This document shows, piece after piece, positions 17,416 through 27,182 of a stretch of 43,973 nucleotides of DNA. The stretch spans positions 1-43,973 of the forward strand of contig JAURXS010000052.1 in NCBI GenBank assembly GCA_030654305.1. Reading direction: 5' to 3'. This DNA comes from a bacterium (lineage in GTDB: Bacteria > Krumholzibacteriota > Krumholzibacteriia > LZORAL124-64-63). How positions within the stretch are numbered: position 1 is the first letter of the stretch; each line of letters begins with the position of its first letter. The translations under genes and the position numbers were made by a program. A model generated the notes under the pieces. The model was not told the DNA's origin. It worked only from the letters and a program-made list of their open reading frames with translations, and searched no databases.

Positions 17416-18819
17416 ATGGACGGCCAGGACGGACCGCACCGCCGCGTGCGCGTGGCGTTCCACACGCTCGGCTGCCGGCTCAACCGCTACGACACCGAGA
17501 CCATGATGGCCGGCCTCGGCGACGGCGCGGCCCGCGGCCTCGCGTGCGAGATCGTCGCCTGGGACGAACCCGCCGACGTCTACGTCCTGAACAGCTGCAC
17601 CGTCACCGCGCGCGCCGACCAGAAGGCCCGCCAGACCCTCCGCGAGGCGCGACGGCGCAACCCCGCGGCCAAGGTCGTCGTCACCGGTTGCTACGCCCAG
17701 GCCCAGCCGGCGGTCCTGTCCGCGCTCGCGGGCGTCGACGGCGTGTTCGGCACCGGCGAGCGCGACGCCATCGCGGACTGGCTGCCCCGGCTGCTGGCCG
17801 CCGAAGGCCCGCTGCTCGAGGTCGGCGCCCCGGAAGGGTCCGTGGGACCGCCACGAGCGGCGCGCGCGAGACCGCTCGCCGACGAACGCACCCGCGCCCA
17901 GGTCAAGATCCAGGACGGTTGCGACCTGCGCTGCGCCTACTGCTTGGTCTGGCGCGCGCGGGGCCGTTCCCGTTCCCGCGCCCCGGACGCGATCGCGCGG
18001 GAGATCGCCGCCCTGCGGGACCGCGGCGCCCCCGAGGTCGTGCTCTCGGGCGTCCACCTTGGCGCCTACGGCCGCGACCTCGCGCCCCGGACCTGCCTGA
18101 CCGACCTGCTGGCGTCGCTCCTGGAGCGGTTCCCCGACCTGAAGGTGCGCCTGGGCAGCCTGCATCCCGACGAGCTGGGGGCGCCGCTGTTGGACCTCTA
18201 TGCCGGCCGCCCCAACCTGCAACCCTACCTGCACCTGTCCCTGCAGAGCGGCGCCGACGCCGTGCTGCGGCGGATGCGCCGCCCCTACGCCGCCGCCGTC
18301 GTCGTCGGCGTGATCGGGGCCGCGGTGGCCGCGCGTCCCGGAATCGGCATCGGCGCCGACGTGATCGCCGGTTTTCCGGGCGAGACCGACGCGGAGTTCC
18401 AGGCGACGCTCGACCTGGTCGCCGCGGCGCCCCTGGCCTACCTGCACGTCTTCCCGTTCTCGTCCCGGCCGGGGACGCCCGCCGCCGCGATGACGCCGTT
18501 GCCGGCGGCGGTGGTGCGCGAGCGGGCCGCCCGCCTGACGGAGGTCGGCCGCGATCTGCAGCAGCGCTTCGAGGACGATCTGGTCGGCACCTGGCAGGAG
18601 GCGATCGTGGAGTCTCCCAGGCGCACGGACGGTTGGCTGCCGGCCACGACCGGCAATTTCACCACGGTCCTGGTGCCGGGCGATCGGGAGCCCGGCGACC
18701 GCGTCCTGGTGCGCCCGGAGGGTCGGCGCGGGGGCCTGCTCTACGCCACGGCGGTCCGGAGCGAACAAGCGTACAGGGGAGAAGCGGCGGACGTGGTCGC
18801 GGGAGGGGGAGACCGATGA
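17416..18819 (+). CDS. mtaB: radical-SAM methylthiotransferase, MtaB-like (tRNA t6A37 methylthiotransferase)
   Basis: VAFHTLGCRLNRYDTE (MTTase N-domain), radical-SAM CDLRCAYC, GFPGETD. The ATG at 17416 is preceded by AAGGAG. It is distinct from the adjacent MiaB paralogue. Confidence 0.82.
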   Translation: MDGQDGPHRRVRVAFHTLGCRLNRYDTETMMAGLGDGAARGLACEIVAWDEPADVYVLNSCTVTARADQKARQTLREARRRNPAAKVVVTGCYAQAQPAVLSALAGVDGVFGTGERDAIADWLPRLLAAEGPLLEVGAPEGSVGPPRAARARPLADERTRAQVKIQDGCDLRCAYCLVWRARGRSRSRAPDAIAREIAALRDRGAPEVVLSGVHLGAYGRDLAPRTCLTDLLASLLERFPDLKVRLGSLHPDELGAPLLDLYAGRPNLQPYLHLSLQSGADAVLRRMRRPYAAAVVVGVIGAAVAARPGIGIGADVIAGFPGETDAEFQATLDLVAAAPLAYLHVFPFSSRPGTPAAAMTPLPAAVVRERAARLTEVGRDLQQRFEDDLVGTWQEAIVESPRRTDGWLPATTGNFTTVLVPGDREPGDRVLVRPEGRRGGLLYATAVRSEQAYRGEAADVVAGGGDR

Positions 18820-20150
18820 CCGACGAGCGGGCCGGCGTCCGGGTCCACATCGAGACCTACGGCTGCCAGATGAACGCCTACGACACCTCGGCCATCCACG
18901 GCATCCTGGCCGCCCGCGGCTACGGCCGCGCCGATTCGCCCCTCGAGGCCGACATCGTCCTGCTCAACACCTGTTCGGTGCGCGACCTGGCCGAGCACAA
19001 GATCCTCAGCCGCATCGGCGAGCTGCGCAGCCTGCGGCGGCGCGGCCTGGCCGGCGCGGACATCATCGGCGTCTGCGGCTGCATGGCCGAGCGCCTCCGG
19101 GGCGACCTCGTCGCCGGCGGCCGCGGCCCCGACCTCGTGGCCGGCGTCGACCAGTACGACAAGCTGCCCGACCTGCTGGACGCGGTCCTGCGCGGGGAAT
19201 CGGCCCCGGCGCCGGTGGCGGTCGGGCACCGCGACGACGTCCACTACGTCGCGCCCCCGGAGGCCTACCCGACCAACAACTCCCACCTGGTGACGATCCA
19301 CAAGGGCTGCGACTACCGCTGCACCTACTGCATCGTGCCGGAGACCCGCGGCCCCCAGCGCGAGAAGGCCCCCCTGCTCATCGAGGCGGAGATCCGCCGG
19401 ATCGTCGAGCGGGGCGGCCGCGAGGTCACCCTGCTGGGCCAGAACGTCACGGCCTACCGCAGCGGGGACCTGGACTTCGCCGGGCTGCTGCGCCGCCTCG
19501 AGACGATCGACGGCCTGGAGCGGATCCGCTTCCTGACCGGCCACCCCTGCGACATGACCGACGACCTGATCCGCACCATCGCCGAGCTGGGCAAGACCTG
19601 CCCCTGGCTCCACGTGCCGGCCCAGAGCGGCAGCGACGCCGTCCTGCGCCGGATGAAGCGCCTGTACACCCGGGAGCGGTACCTGGCCATGATCGCCGCC
19701 GCCCGGCGCTGGATCCCCGACGTGACCTTCAGCGGCGACATCATCGTGGGCTTCCCCGGAGAAACCGACGCGGACTTCCGACGGACGCTTGAGTTGGTGG
19801 AGGAGGTCCGCTACGATCTGCTCTTCAGCTTCAAGTACTCCGAGCGGCCGGGCACGCCCGCAGCCAAGCTTCCCGACGACGTGCCGCCCGAAGTCAAGAA
19901 AGAGCGTCTGGCCGAACTGATGGCGGTCCAGGACGCGATCTGGGATGATCTGGCCGCGGCCCAGACGGGCGCCGTCTGGGAGGTCGCGGTGGAGGCGGAG
20001 GCGCGCCGTCCCGCCGGCAGCTGGCGGGCGCGGACCCCGAACAACCGCAAGGTGCTGCTGCACGGCGGCGACCACCGGCCCGGCGACCTGGTCCGGGTCC
20101 GGGTGACCGGCTGCGAGGCGTCGACGTTCGAGGCGGAACCCATCAACTGA
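18816..20150 (+). CDS. miaB: tRNA-2-methylthio-N6-dimethylallyladenosine synthase
   Basis: VHIETYGCQMNAYDT, CDYRCTYCIVP, IVGFPGETD, FSFKYSERPGTPA and a C-terminal TRAM domain. The ATG overlaps the mtaB stop (ATGA). Confidence 0.92.
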   Translation: MTDERAGVRVHIETYGCQMNAYDTSAIHGILAARGYGRADSPLEADIVLLNTCSVRDLAEHKILSRIGELRSLRRRGLAGADIIGVCGCMAERLRGDLVAGGRGPDLVAGVDQYDKLPDLLDAVLRGESAPAPVAVGHRDDVHYVAPPEAYPTNNSHLVTIHKGCDYRCTYCIVPETRGPQREKAPLLIEAEIRRIVERGGREVTLLGQNVTAYRSGDLDFAGLLRRLETIDGLERIRFLTGHPCDMTDDLIRTIAELGKTCPWLHVPAQSGSDAVLRRMKRLYTRERYLAMIAAARRWIPDVTFSGDIIVGFPGETDADFRRTLELVEEVRYDLLFSFKYSERPGTPAAKLPDDVPPEVKKERLAELMAVQDAIWDDLAAAQTGAVWEVAVEAEARRPAGSWRARTPNNRKVLLHGGDHRPGDLVRVRVTGCEASTFEAEPIN

Positions 20151-20156
20151 CGAGGT

Positions 20157-20477
20157 GTGGCCGTGTGGATCTTCAAGGGGATCATCATCCTGCTGGCCGT
20201 GATCACGCTGGCCGTGTTCTTCGCGCAGAACAGCTCCCAGAGCGTGGACCTGCGCCTGCTGCACTGGCAGTGGCTGCAGATCCCTCTGTACATGGTGCTG
20301 GTCGGCTCCTTCCTGGCGGGGATCCTGGTCAGCCTGGTCGTCGGCGGCGTGCGCGAGCTGGGCCTGCGCGCCCGCATGCACCGCCTCGGCCGCGAGCTGA
20401 AGAACCGCGACCGGGAGATCGCCGAGCTGCGCACGATGCCCCTGCAGGACATGGATCTGTTCAAGGAGGAGGACTGA
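20157..20477 (+). CDS. lapA: LapA-family (DUF1049) inner-membrane protein
   Basis: 106 aa with two TM helices, then RARMHRLGRELKNRDREIAELR. This is the typical LapA/YciS layout, and it sits immediately upstream of a LapB-like gene. Confidence 0.75.
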   Translation: MAVWIFKGIIILLAVITLAVFFAQNSSQSVDLRLLHWQWLQIPLYMVLVGSFLAGILVSLVVGGVRELGLRARMHRLGRELKNRDREIAELRTMPLQDMDLFKEED

Positions 20478-20478
20478 C

Positions 20479-21711
20479 ATGGGCAACGCCGAACCCATGC
20501 TGCTGGGCCTCGCGCTGCTGGCCCTGGTGGCCGCGGCGCTCGGCCTGATCTGGCGCGGGCGCCGCGCCAAGCCCGAGCAGGAGGACAGCTACACGCGCGG
20601 GCTCGAGCTGTGGCTGGCCGGGGACCTGCCGGCGGCCACCGAGGCCCTGCGCGACGCCATCGCGCGCGACCCCGACGCGGTCGATCCCTACCTGCAGCTC
20701 GGCAACCTGCTGCGCAAGCGCGGCGAGGCCCAGCGGGCCATGGCCCTGCACCGCGGCCTCGCGGCGCGCCCCGCCCTGACGCCGCAGAAGCGGATCTCGG
20801 TCACCCTCGCCCTGGTCGAGGACCTGCTCGTCCTGAAGCGCTGGCAGGAGGCCGGCGAGCTCCTGGACGAGCTGCAGCGCCACAACCTGACGTCGGCGCG
20901 CTACTGGTCGGCCCGTTTCCGCCAGGCCCTGGGCCGGGGCGACGAGTCGACCGCCGCCCGCACCCTGCGCGAGGCCGCCCGCCGCGCCGCGCCGAACGAG
21001 CGTCAGATGTTCCGGGACCAGCACGAGTCCTTCCAGCTGGACCGGGGCGTGCGCGCCGCCCTGCGCGGCGATTTCAGCGACGCCCGCCGCTACGCCCGCA
21101 ACGTCGCCGACGGCAGCCCCCGCGCCGCGGCGTCGATGTTCGTCCAGGCCCTCTCGCGCCTGGGCGGGGAAGAGCACGAACGCGCGGCCGAGGTCGCCAC
21201 CGAGGGGCTGCTGAAGGCGCCCGAACTGGTGCACCTGTTCCTGCCGGTGCTGCAGCGCTCCCTGCTGGCCACCGGCCAGTACAGCCGCGTCGTCCCCATC
21301 CTGGAGTCGGCCTGCCGCAACCCGGCCGCGCCGCCGGAACTGTGGATCGCCTTGGCGCAGTTGCACGAGAAGATGGGCGACCGCGAGATGGCCGTGCAGG
21401 TCTTCGAGGAGAAGGCGGGGGACCCCCGCCTGACGCCGGCCGTCGCCTCGCCGTTGCTGCGCGTCCTGGTGAACGACCTCCCGGACAGCGATTTCACCCG
21501 CATCTGGAACGCGCTGGCCAAGCCCGAGGCGGCCTCGGCCTGGGCCTGCCGCAGCTGCGGCGCGGTCCACGACGGCATGCGCTGGTACTGCCCCGAGTGC
21601 GGCGCCTTCGACTCCGTGGGTCCGGCCGCGCCCCGGTCCGCCGAGCCGTCCCGGCCGCAACCGCGTTCGCCCCGCCTGCTGATCGAGGCCCCGGAGGCGG
21701 CGGCGCCATGA
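20479..21711 (+). CDS. lapB: LapB-like TPR protein with C-terminal rubredoxin-type zinc finger
   Basis: N-terminal TM (LLGLALLALVAAALGLIW), TPR-like repeats, and a C-terminal CRSCGAVHDGMRWYCPECGAFDS four-Cys motif characteristic of LapB/YciM. Confidence 0.8.
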   Translation: MGNAEPMLLGLALLALVAAALGLIWRGRRAKPEQEDSYTRGLELWLAGDLPAATEALRDAIARDPDAVDPYLQLGNLLRKRGEAQRAMALHRGLAARPALTPQKRISVTLALVEDLLVLKRWQEAGELLDELQRHNLTSARYWSARFRQALGRGDESTAARTLREAARRAAPNERQMFRDQHESFQLDRGVRAALRGDFSDARRYARNVADGSPRAAASMFVQALSRLGGEEHERAAEVATEGLLKAPELVHLFLPVLQRSLLATGQYSRVVPILESACRNPAAPPELWIALAQLHEKMGDREMAVQVFEEKAGDPRLTPAVASPLLRVLVNDLPDSDFTRIWNALAKPEAASAWACRSCGAVHDGMRWYCPECGAFDSVGPAAPRSAEPSRPQPRSPRLLIEAPEAAAP

Positions 21712-22751
21712 ACCGGTTCGCCGGCGCGTTGGTGCTGCTGCTCGCGGCGGTCCCGCTCGCCCGGGCCGAGGACTGGTCGACCGTGGAGCGCGCCTTCCGC
21801 GAAGGCGACTACGAATCGGCGCGCAGCCTGGCCGGATCGCTGGCCGCGGGCGCCCCGCGCTCCGTCGACGGCATGCTCTGGAGCTACCGACTCGCCACCG
21901 ACCCGGTGCAGGCGGCCATGCTGAGGGAGAAGCTGCTGGCCAGGGACGACCTGGACCCGCCGCTGCAGCGCGCCCTGCGGTTGGACGCCGCCTGGACCTC
22001 CTACGCCCAGGGCGAGCCCGGTCAGGGCTTCACGTACCTCCCGCCGAAGGACCCCGGCGCCAAGCGCCCCCAGCCGTCGTCGCGGCTGCTGGCGGGGCTG
22101 CTGCACCGCGCGGCGAACGACGAAGCGATGGTCGAAACCGTCTTCGCCCAGGCGCCGGACGACGACCCCGACCTCCCCTGGATCCTGCTGCTGCGCGGGC
22201 GCAAGGCGGCCGCCTTCGGCGATCCGGGCCTGGCCCGCCGCTGCCTCGACGCCAAGCCGGAGGGCCGCGACCAGCCGACCACCGCCGACCTGCTGGCCGC
22301 CCGCTGGCAGCTCGAGCGCGACCAGGACTCCCGCCTCGCCGACCGGATCGTCCAGGAACTGGAGCGCTCGTACCCGCTCTCGCCGGCGCTCGACCTCGTG
22401 CGCGGACTGCAGCGGCAGCGGCTCGAACTGGCGCTGATGGACGCGGCGTCCTCCAGCCCGGCGCCGCCCGCCCCGGCGTTGCCGGCGACCGACGCCACGC
22501 CCACCGCCCGCTACGTCCTGCAGCTCGGCGCCTTCGGCGACCGCGGCCGCGCCCTGGGCTTCGTGGAACGCTGGCGCTCCTCGGTGCCCGGCCTGCACGT
22601 GGTGCAGTCCCACGACGCCCGCGGCCAGCTCCTGCACAAGGTGCGCGCCGAGTCCTACGCCGACCAGGCGGAGGCCGCCGCGCGCGCCGCCGAACTGAGC
22701 GCGGAGCTCGGCCTGCCGGCCATCGTGGTCGACACCGCGGAGTCGCCGTGA
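21708..22751 (+). CDS. secreted TPR-like protein with C-terminal SPOR (peptidoglycan-binding) domain
   Basis: Signal peptide MNRFAGALVLLLAAVPLARA. C-terminal YVLQLGAFGDRGRALGFVERW...HKVRAESYADQAEAAARAAEL is SPOR-like. It has ATGA and GTGA overlaps with lapB and mutS respectively. Confidence 0.72.
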   Translation: MNRFAGALVLLLAAVPLARAEDWSTVERAFREGDYESARSLAGSLAAGAPRSVDGMLWSYRLATDPVQAAMLREKLLARDDLDPPLQRALRLDAAWTSYAQGEPGQGFTYLPPKDPGAKRPQPSSRLLAGLLHRAANDEAMVETVFAQAPDDDPDLPWILLLRGRKAAAFGDPGLARRCLDAKPEGRDQPTTADLLAARWQLERDQDSRLADRIVQELERSYPLSPALDLVRGLQRQRLELALMDAASSSPAPPAPALPATDATPTARYVLQLGAFGDRGRALGFVERWRSSVPGLHVVQSHDARGQLLHKVRAESYADQAEAAARAAELSAELGLPAIVVDTAESP

Positions 22752-25408
22752 CCGGGAAGGCCGTTCCCGCCGGAACGTCGACGAAGCTGACGCCCATGCT
22801 GGCGCAGTACCTGGAGATCAAGGCCGCCCACCCGGGCGCCCTGCTGCTGTTCCGCATGGGGGACTTCTTCGAGACGTTCTTCGACGACGCCAAGATCCTG
22901 GCCGAAGTCTGCAGCGTCACCCTCACGACCCGCGATCGCAACAGCGACCACCCGGTGCCCCTGGCCGGCGTGCCGCACCACGCCCTGGACGTCTACCTGT
23001 CGCGCCTGCTCGCCGCCGGACTCACGGTCGCGATCTGCGAGCAGACCGAAGACCCCGCCAAGGCCAAGGGACTGGTGAAGCGCGAGGTCGTCGAGGTGAT
23101 CAGCCCGGGCACCGCCACGGCGCCCGAACTGCTGCCGGGATCCGGCGCCATGGTCTGCCTGGCCTACCACCGGGGCGTCGCCGGCGAGTCCGGCTGGGCG
23201 ACCCTGGACGCCTCCACGGGCGAGTTCCGCTGCGGGCAGGAGGACGTCACCCTCCCGTCGCTCTGCGAGCGCTGCGCCGCGCGGGAGGTGATCGTCGCCG
23301 AGACCGTCGAAGCCGAGGAGTTCCGCCGCTGGCGCGCCGGCCTGCCCGAGACCGTCCTGAGCGCCGTCAGCGCCGCCTGGTTCCACCCGGCGCTCGCCGC
23401 CGACACCTTGCGCGACCATTTCGGCGTGCGCGACCTGGACGCCTTCGGCCTGTCGGACGAGCGGACGTCCCTGGCCGTCAGCGCCGCGGGCGCGCTGCTG
23501 CGCTACCTGACCTCGCTCAACCTGAAGCGCCCCGCGCAGGTCGTCACCCTGCAGTTCGCGTCGCGCGGCGACCGGATGCTGCTGGACGAGGAGACGCTGC
23601 GCAACCTCGAGGTCTTCCGCACCCTGCGCGGCGAACGCGGGGAGGGGACGCTCGTCCACCACCTCGACCGCACCGTGACCCCGGCCGGCCGCCGCCTGCT
23701 CGAACGGCGGCTGGCCGAGCCCCTGACCGATCTGGCGACGCTCGCCGACTGGCACCGCGGCGTCGCGGGCGCCCTGGACGACCGCGACTGGCGCGAGGAC
23801 GTGCGGCGGCGGCTGCGGGGCGTGGGCGACCTCGACCGCGGGGCCGTGCGCGCGGCGGCCGGCCGCATCGGCCCCGCTGCGTTGTGCCAGTTGGGCGAAT
23901 CCCTGCGCGCCGCGGGCGAGGCCCTGGCCGCGATCAGCGGCGGCGGGCACGAGGCCCACCCGGCCGCCGCGTGGGTGCGGGGCACGCCCGATCTGTCCCC
24001 CGTGGCGGAGCGCCTGCTCGCGACGCTGGCCGAACAGCCGCCGGCGGCGATGAAACCCGGCGAGGTCGTCCGGCCCGGCGTGTCGCCCGCGCTCGACGCC
24101 GCCGCGGCCGTGGCCAGCGACACGCGCGGCTTCCTGGCGGCGCTGCAGGCCCGCGAACGCGAGCGCTCCGGCATCCCGACGCTGAAGATCGGCTACAACC
24201 GCGTCTTCGGTTACTACTACGAGGTCTCCAACAAGCACCTCGACCGGGTCCCGCCCGAGTTCTCCCAGAAGCAGACGCTCGTCAACGCCGCGCGCTTCCG
24301 CACCGACGAGCTGTCGACCGCCGAGCAGACCATCCTGGACGCTGAAGATCGCATGGCCCGGCTCGAAGGCGAGATCTTCGCCTCCCTGCTCGCCGACGTG
24401 TCGGCGGCCCTGGAGCCGATCCGCGTGCTGTCCGCGCGGGTGGCCGAGATCGACCTGCTGTTCGCGTTCGCGGAGCTGGCCGAGCGGCACCGCTACGTGC
24501 GGCCCATCTGCGACGACTCGCTGGTGCTGGACATCGCCGAGGGCCGGCACCCCGTCGTCGAGCAGCTCCTGGACGGCGACTTCATCCCCAACGACGCCCT
24601 GCTGGACGGCGACACGCGCCAGGTGCTGCTGCTGACCGGCCCCAACATGGGCGGCAAGAGCACCTACCTGCGCCAGGTCGCGCTGCTGGTGCTGATGGCG
24701 CAGGCGGGCGGCTTCGTGCCGGCCGCGCGCGCCCGCATCGGCGTCGCCGACCGGATCTTCACGCGGGTCGGCGCCGGCGACAACGTGGCCCGCGGCCAGT
24801 CGACCTTCTACGCCGAGATGAGCGAGACGGCGCGCATCCTGCACCAGATGTCCCGCCGCAGCCTGGTCGTCCTGGACGAAGTGGGGCGCGGCACCTCCAC
24901 CTACGACGGCCTGTCGCTGGCCTGGGCCATCACCGAGTTCCTCCACCACGACGACGGCCCCCGCCCGCGCACGATCTTCGCCACCCACTACCACGAGCTG
25001 ACCGGCCTGGAGCAGACGCTGCCGCGTCTGGTCAACCTGAGGCTCGAGGTGAGGGAGTGGCAGGGGAGCATCATCTTCCTGCACGCCGTCAAGCCCGGGT
25101 GCAGCGACAAGAGCTACGGGATCCACGTCGCCCGCCTCGCCGGCGTGCCCGAACCGGTGCTGCGCCGCGCCGAGGAACTGCTGGTGCTGTTCAGCAGCGA
25201 GGACGCGCGCACCCTGGCGCCCGAACGCCTCCCGGGCGCGCCCGGCTTCTCCCTGGCGGCCGACCGCCCGCTCGCGGCCACGCGCCAGCTCTCGCTGTTC
25301 TCCGACGGCGAGCGCGACGCGCTGGACGCGTTGCGCGACCTGGACCTCGAGGGGATCAGCCCCATGGACGCCTTCCTCTGGCTCGCCCGCATCAAGAAAC
25401 AACTCTAG
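22748..25408 (+). CDS. mutS: DNA mismatch repair protein MutS
   Basis: 886 aa with TPMLAQYLEIKAAHPGALLLFRMGDFFETF, Walker A TGPNMGGKSTYLRQ, LVVLDEVGRGTSTYDG and FATHYHEL. Confidence 0.96.
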   Translation: MTGKAVPAGTSTKLTPMLAQYLEIKAAHPGALLLFRMGDFFETFFDDAKILAEVCSVTLTTRDRNSDHPVPLAGVPHHALDVYLSRLLAAGLTVAICEQTEDPAKAKGLVKREVVEVISPGTATAPELLPGSGAMVCLAYHRGVAGESGWATLDASTGEFRCGQEDVTLPSLCERCAAREVIVAETVEAEEFRRWRAGLPETVLSAVSAAWFHPALAADTLRDHFGVRDLDAFGLSDERTSLAVSAAGALLRYLTSLNLKRPAQVVTLQFASRGDRMLLDEETLRNLEVFRTLRGERGEGTLVHHLDRTVTPAGRRLLERRLAEPLTDLATLADWHRGVAGALDDRDWREDVRRRLRGVGDLDRGAVRAAAGRIGPAALCQLGESLRAAGEALAAISGGGHEAHPAAAWVRGTPDLSPVAERLLATLAEQPPAAMKPGEVVRPGVSPALDAAAAVASDTRGFLAALQARERERSGIPTLKIGYNRVFGYYYEVSNKHLDRVPPEFSQKQTLVNAARFRTDELSTAEQTILDAEDRMARLEGEIFASLLADVSAALEPIRVLSARVAEIDLLFAFAELAERHRYVRPICDDSLVLDIAEGRHPVVEQLLDGDFIPNDALLDGDTRQVLLLTGPNMGGKSTYLRQVALLVLMAQAGGFVPAARARIGVADRIFTRVGAGDNVARGQSTFYAEMSETARILHQMSRRSLVVLDEVGRGTSTYDGLSLAWAITEFLHHDDGPRPRTIFATHYHELTGLEQTLPRLVNLRLEVREWQGSIIFLHAVKPGCSDKSYGIHVARLAGVPEPVLRRAEELLVLFSSEDARTLAPERLPGAPGFSLAADRPLAATRQLSLFSDGERDALDALRDLDLEGISPMDAFLWLARIKKQL

Positions 25409-25423
25409 GCCGTTTTACTTCAG

Positions 25424-25441
25424 CGGCGCCGTCCGGCGCCG
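25424..25441 (+). terminator. GC hairpin just after mutS (weak terminator or operator)
   Basis: CGGCGCC-gtcc-GGCGCCG gives a 7-bp stem 16 nt after the mutS stop. No clean T-run follows. It abuts the TATAAT box. Confidence 0.3.
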
Positions 25442-25442
25442 A

Positions 25443-25450
25443 TGTATAAT
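25443..25450 (+). promoter_or_regulatory. -10 element TG-TATAAT upstream of the unknown 557-aa gene
   Basis: Perfect TATAAT at 25445..25450 is preceded by TG, 33 nt upstream of the ATG at 25483. No recognisable -35. Its sequence context is the same as the rpsA -10 (TGTATAWTCCG). Confidence 0.45.
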
Positions 25451-25482
25451 CCGTCACCGCCACCCCAACCGGACGGCCCGTC

Positions 25483-27156
25483 ATGTGGAACGTCGCCTTT
25501 TTCATGCCGTTGGAGCGGGACGTGCCGTTGCTCGCCGAGGCCGCCCGCCGCGACGACGTGCGCCTGCTGGGGGTGGTCGCCCCGGACCGCGCCTCGCCGG
25601 CGGCCGCCCTGGCTGAAGTGATGGGCCTGACGGTCTGGTCCGGCCTCGACGAGGCCCCCTTCCCTCGCGACACCCTGTTGGTGGGTTCGGCGGATGCCGA
25701 CCCGTCGACGCTGCGGACCGTGGTGGCCGCGCGCGGCTGGCGGCATCTGGAGGTCGACGGCTTCCGGGATCTGCTGCACCCCGCGCCGGAGGCGCCGCTT
25801 CCGGTCGCCGAAGTGGCGGCCGCATCCCCTCCCGCGCCGCGGGTCGCCGCCGAGGCGCTCGCCCGCTCCCTGGACCGCGACCTCGCGGACCTCGCCGGCG
25901 GCGCCCGGGACCTGCCGGGGATCCTGGCGGCCTGGAGCTCGACCCTGGCCCTGCGCCTCGACGCGCGCCACGCCGCGCTGGCGCTGCTGCGCGAGGACGG
26001 CACCCTGCTGCTGGCCGAAGGCACCCCGGCCGGGGAGACCCGGCTCGAGGACGCGGACGCGGGCGCGTCGCCCTGGCGCGAGGTCTTCGCCACCGCCCGC
26101 CCGCTGGTGGCGGTCGAACAGGAGGCCGCTGACGGCCTGCACCTGACCGTCTGGCCGCTGGTGGCCCTGGACGGCGACCAGCCGGCGCCGGTCCCGCGCG
26201 CGGCGCTGGCCGTCGGGCACCTGGGCGCGGAGGCGGCCGCCCGCTTCCAGGCGCTGGGGGAGGTGCTGGCGCCGGTGCTGGGCCTGCGCTGCGAGCTGCT
26301 GCGCCGCCAGGTCGAGCACGAGGCCCTGGTCGCCCGCTTCCACGACGTGACGGCGACGGCCATGGCGCTGTCGAACACGAAGGGCGATGCGGCGTCCGCG
26401 CTGTCCACCGCCTTGAAGCACTGTTGCGGCGCCCTCGCGGCCGAGCCCCGACCGGACGGCGCCGACCCCGTCTACGGCGGGATCGCGGCGGGGGAGTGGC
26501 TGGCCTTCGCGACGCCCGAACGACGGCCGCGCCTGATCCTGCGCGACGGGGACGTCTGCTGGGATCTGCTGGGCAAGCAGCGGCGTCACCCCTGGGACGC
26601 CGCCCACTTCACCGGTGACGATGCCGCCGCGGCCGGGCTGCTGCTGGCTGCGGTGCGGCGCCGACCGGCCGCGACGGCCGTCCCCGTCGCCGCTTCCGTT
26701 CCGCTCGCCGCGGACCCGGCCCCGCCAACCATCGACGTACATCCACCGCACCTGGCGGGCCTCCCGCCCGGCGCTGCCGCCGTGCCCGAATCCCTCCTGG
26801 ACCTGCTCGCCCGGGAGATGGACCGCGCCGACCGCTATCACGGCGCCTTCTCCGTGTCCGCCTTCCGGGCGCCGACGCTCCTGGGTCCCCACCTGAGCGG
26901 CCTCGCCGCCCGGCTGCGCTCCTCCGACCGCGTCTTCTGCCACGACCCCGGCACGCTGCTGGTCTTCGCGCCCGACGAGAACCATGCCGTCGCCCAGCTC
27001 GAGCAGCGCGTGCGCGACGCCCTGCCCGACCTGGCCGGCGTGGTGGGCCTGCGCGTGAAGACGGGTCGGGCGCTCTACCCCGGGCGCTTCACCTCGCCCG
27101 TCGAACTGGTCGCGGCCGCCCTGGCCGGGCTCGACACCGACACTCACGGCGATTGA
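25483..27156 (+). CDS. hypothetical protein (possible GAF-like segments plus a degenerate GGDEF-like C-terminus)
   Basis: 557-aa ORF with near-saturated GC3 in frame and normal Ala/Leu/Asp/Arg composition. Overlapping antisense ORFs are Arg/Ser/Pro-rich artefacts. The C-terminus (REMDRADRYHGAFSVSAFR...RLRSSDRVFCHDPGTLLVFAPDEN) follows the GGDEF-domain layout but lacks the GG[DE]EF motif. Domain calls are by eye only. Confidence 0.7.
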   Translation: MWNVAFFMPLERDVPLLAEAARRDDVRLLGVVAPDRASPAAALAEVMGLTVWSGLDEAPFPRDTLLVGSADADPSTLRTVVAARGWRHLEVDGFRDLLHPAPEAPLPVAEVAAASPPAPRVAAEALARSLDRDLADLAGGARDLPGILAAWSSTLALRLDARHAALALLREDGTLLLAEGTPAGETRLEDADAGASPWREVFATARPLVAVEQEAADGLHLTVWPLVALDGDQPAPVPRAALAVGHLGAEAAARFQALGEVLAPVLGLRCELLRRQVEHEALVARFHDVTATAMALSNTKGDAASALSTALKHCCGALAAEPRPDGADPVYGGIAAGEWLAFATPERRPRLILRDGDVCWDLLGKQRRHPWDAAHFTGDDAAAAGLLLAAVRRRPAATAVPVAASVPLAADPAPPTIDVHPPHLAGLPPGAAAVPESLLDLLAREMDRADRYHGAFSVSAFRAPTLLGPHLSGLAARLRSSDRVFCHDPGTLLVFAPDENHAVAQLEQRVRDALPDLAGVVGLRVKTGRALYPGRFTSPVELVAAALAGLDTDTHGD

Positions 27157-27182
27157 CGCTGCGGCGCCCCTCCCGTTATCTT
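27153..27182 (+). promoter_or_regulatory. putative promoter for mutL (TTGACG-18-TATCTT)
   Basis: aTTGACGctgcggcgcccctcccgtTATCTTg. The -35 contains the stop codon of the preceding gene. The architecture matches the tRNA-Gly promoter. Confidence 0.45.

Noticed and set aside
17544-18815. 5' extensions in the ORF track: 17544..20150 for miaB, 3613..5079 for dapB, 2485..3435 for dapF, 6690..8234 for xerD, 7781..9328 for trpS, 8821..10260 for scpA, 11316..12839 for hisC, 12134..13696 for aroF, 20610..22751 for the SPOR protein, 29929..31518 for DUF512, and 33448..34632 for gpsA.
   Set aside because: The extensions lie inside the preceding gene in another frame and are Arg/Pro-rich. In each case an in-frame ATG or GTG overlapping or just after the upstream stop gives a protein with a canonical N-terminus.
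22655-25402. The 915-aa antisense ORF opposite mutS. Similar long antisense or off-frame ORFs are 5470..7200, 13521..15311, 15116..17305, 27176..29110, 18741..20570 and 8192..9226.
   Set aside because: These are typical high-GC shadow ORFs. They are extremely rich in Arg, Gly, Ala, Pro, Val, Asp, Gln and His, carry no recognisable motifs, and each lies opposite a gene with unambiguous family signatures and near-saturated GC3.
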